A DNA stretch of 64,000 nt. Source: Squalus acanthias (taxonomy: Eukaryota). Below, one piece after another: positions 63,831-64,000 of this stretch; the stretch's first letter is position 1; every line of letters begins with the position of its first letter. The stretch lies in the NCBI GenBank assembly GCA_030390025.1, contig CM059425.1:167898001-167962000 (forward strand), written 5' to 3'. The translations under genes and the position numbers were made by a program. The notes below the pieces were generated by a model. The model was not told the origin of the DNA. It ran no database searches and saw only the letters and a list, made by a program, of their open reading frames with translations.

Positions 63831-63836
63831 TTTCTC

Positions 63837-64000
63837 CACTCAGAGGTTAGTGTGCAAAATTAAAGCACATGGGATTGGGGGTAATATACTGGCATGGATT
63901 GAAAATTGGTTAACAGACAGGAAACAGAGAGTAGGAATAAATGGGGCTTTTTCAGGGTGGCAGGCGGTGATTAGTGGGGTACCGCAGGGATCAGTGCTTG
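63837..64000 (+). mobile_element. CR1 RT fragment running off the window
   Basis: HGIGGNILAWIENWLTDRKQRVGING...SGVPQGSVL. Confidence 0.88.

Noticed and set aside
49710..64000. Search for the next upstream SLCO3A1 exon (GMTAIPC...GCD motif)
   Set aside because: No matching reading frame found by eye; it presumably lies beyond the window.
1..64000. CRISPR arrays, operons or other prokaryotic systems
   Set aside because: The sequence is vertebrate intron/intergenic DNA and no repeat-spacer array was seen.

Overview
This is eukaryotic vertebrate DNA, most likely from an elasmobranch (shark or ray), judged from an HE1/V-SINE, a SacSINE1/Deu-SINE-like element and abundant CR1 and Penelope repeats. 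The only host gene I can support is the 3' half of an SLCO3A1-like organic anion transporter (OATP3) on the minus strand. It has four spliced coding exons (49709-49571, 39458-39283, 38321-38257, 22217-21835) with canonical GT-AG sites and compatible phases, and ends in ...ENIESVL*. Its upstream exons lie beyond the window. The rest is intron or intergenic DNA densely filled with nested mobile elements. These include a decayed two-gene PIF/Harbinger transposon (Myb/SANT gene plus DDE transposase) with many MITE derivatives, old and very young CR1 LINEs, L2 fragments, SINEs, a young Penelope (RT + GIY-YIG) insertion with a 14-bp target-site duplication (TSD), and a C-rich minisatellite. The most notable non-coding signal is a set of minimal type-I hammerhead ribozyme motifs in two sequence families of Penelope-related ends. 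One is a 220-bp TSD-flanked palindromic mini-element with a hammerhead on each strand. Family names come from recalled sequence resemblance, not database searches, and most repeat boundaries are read by eye.
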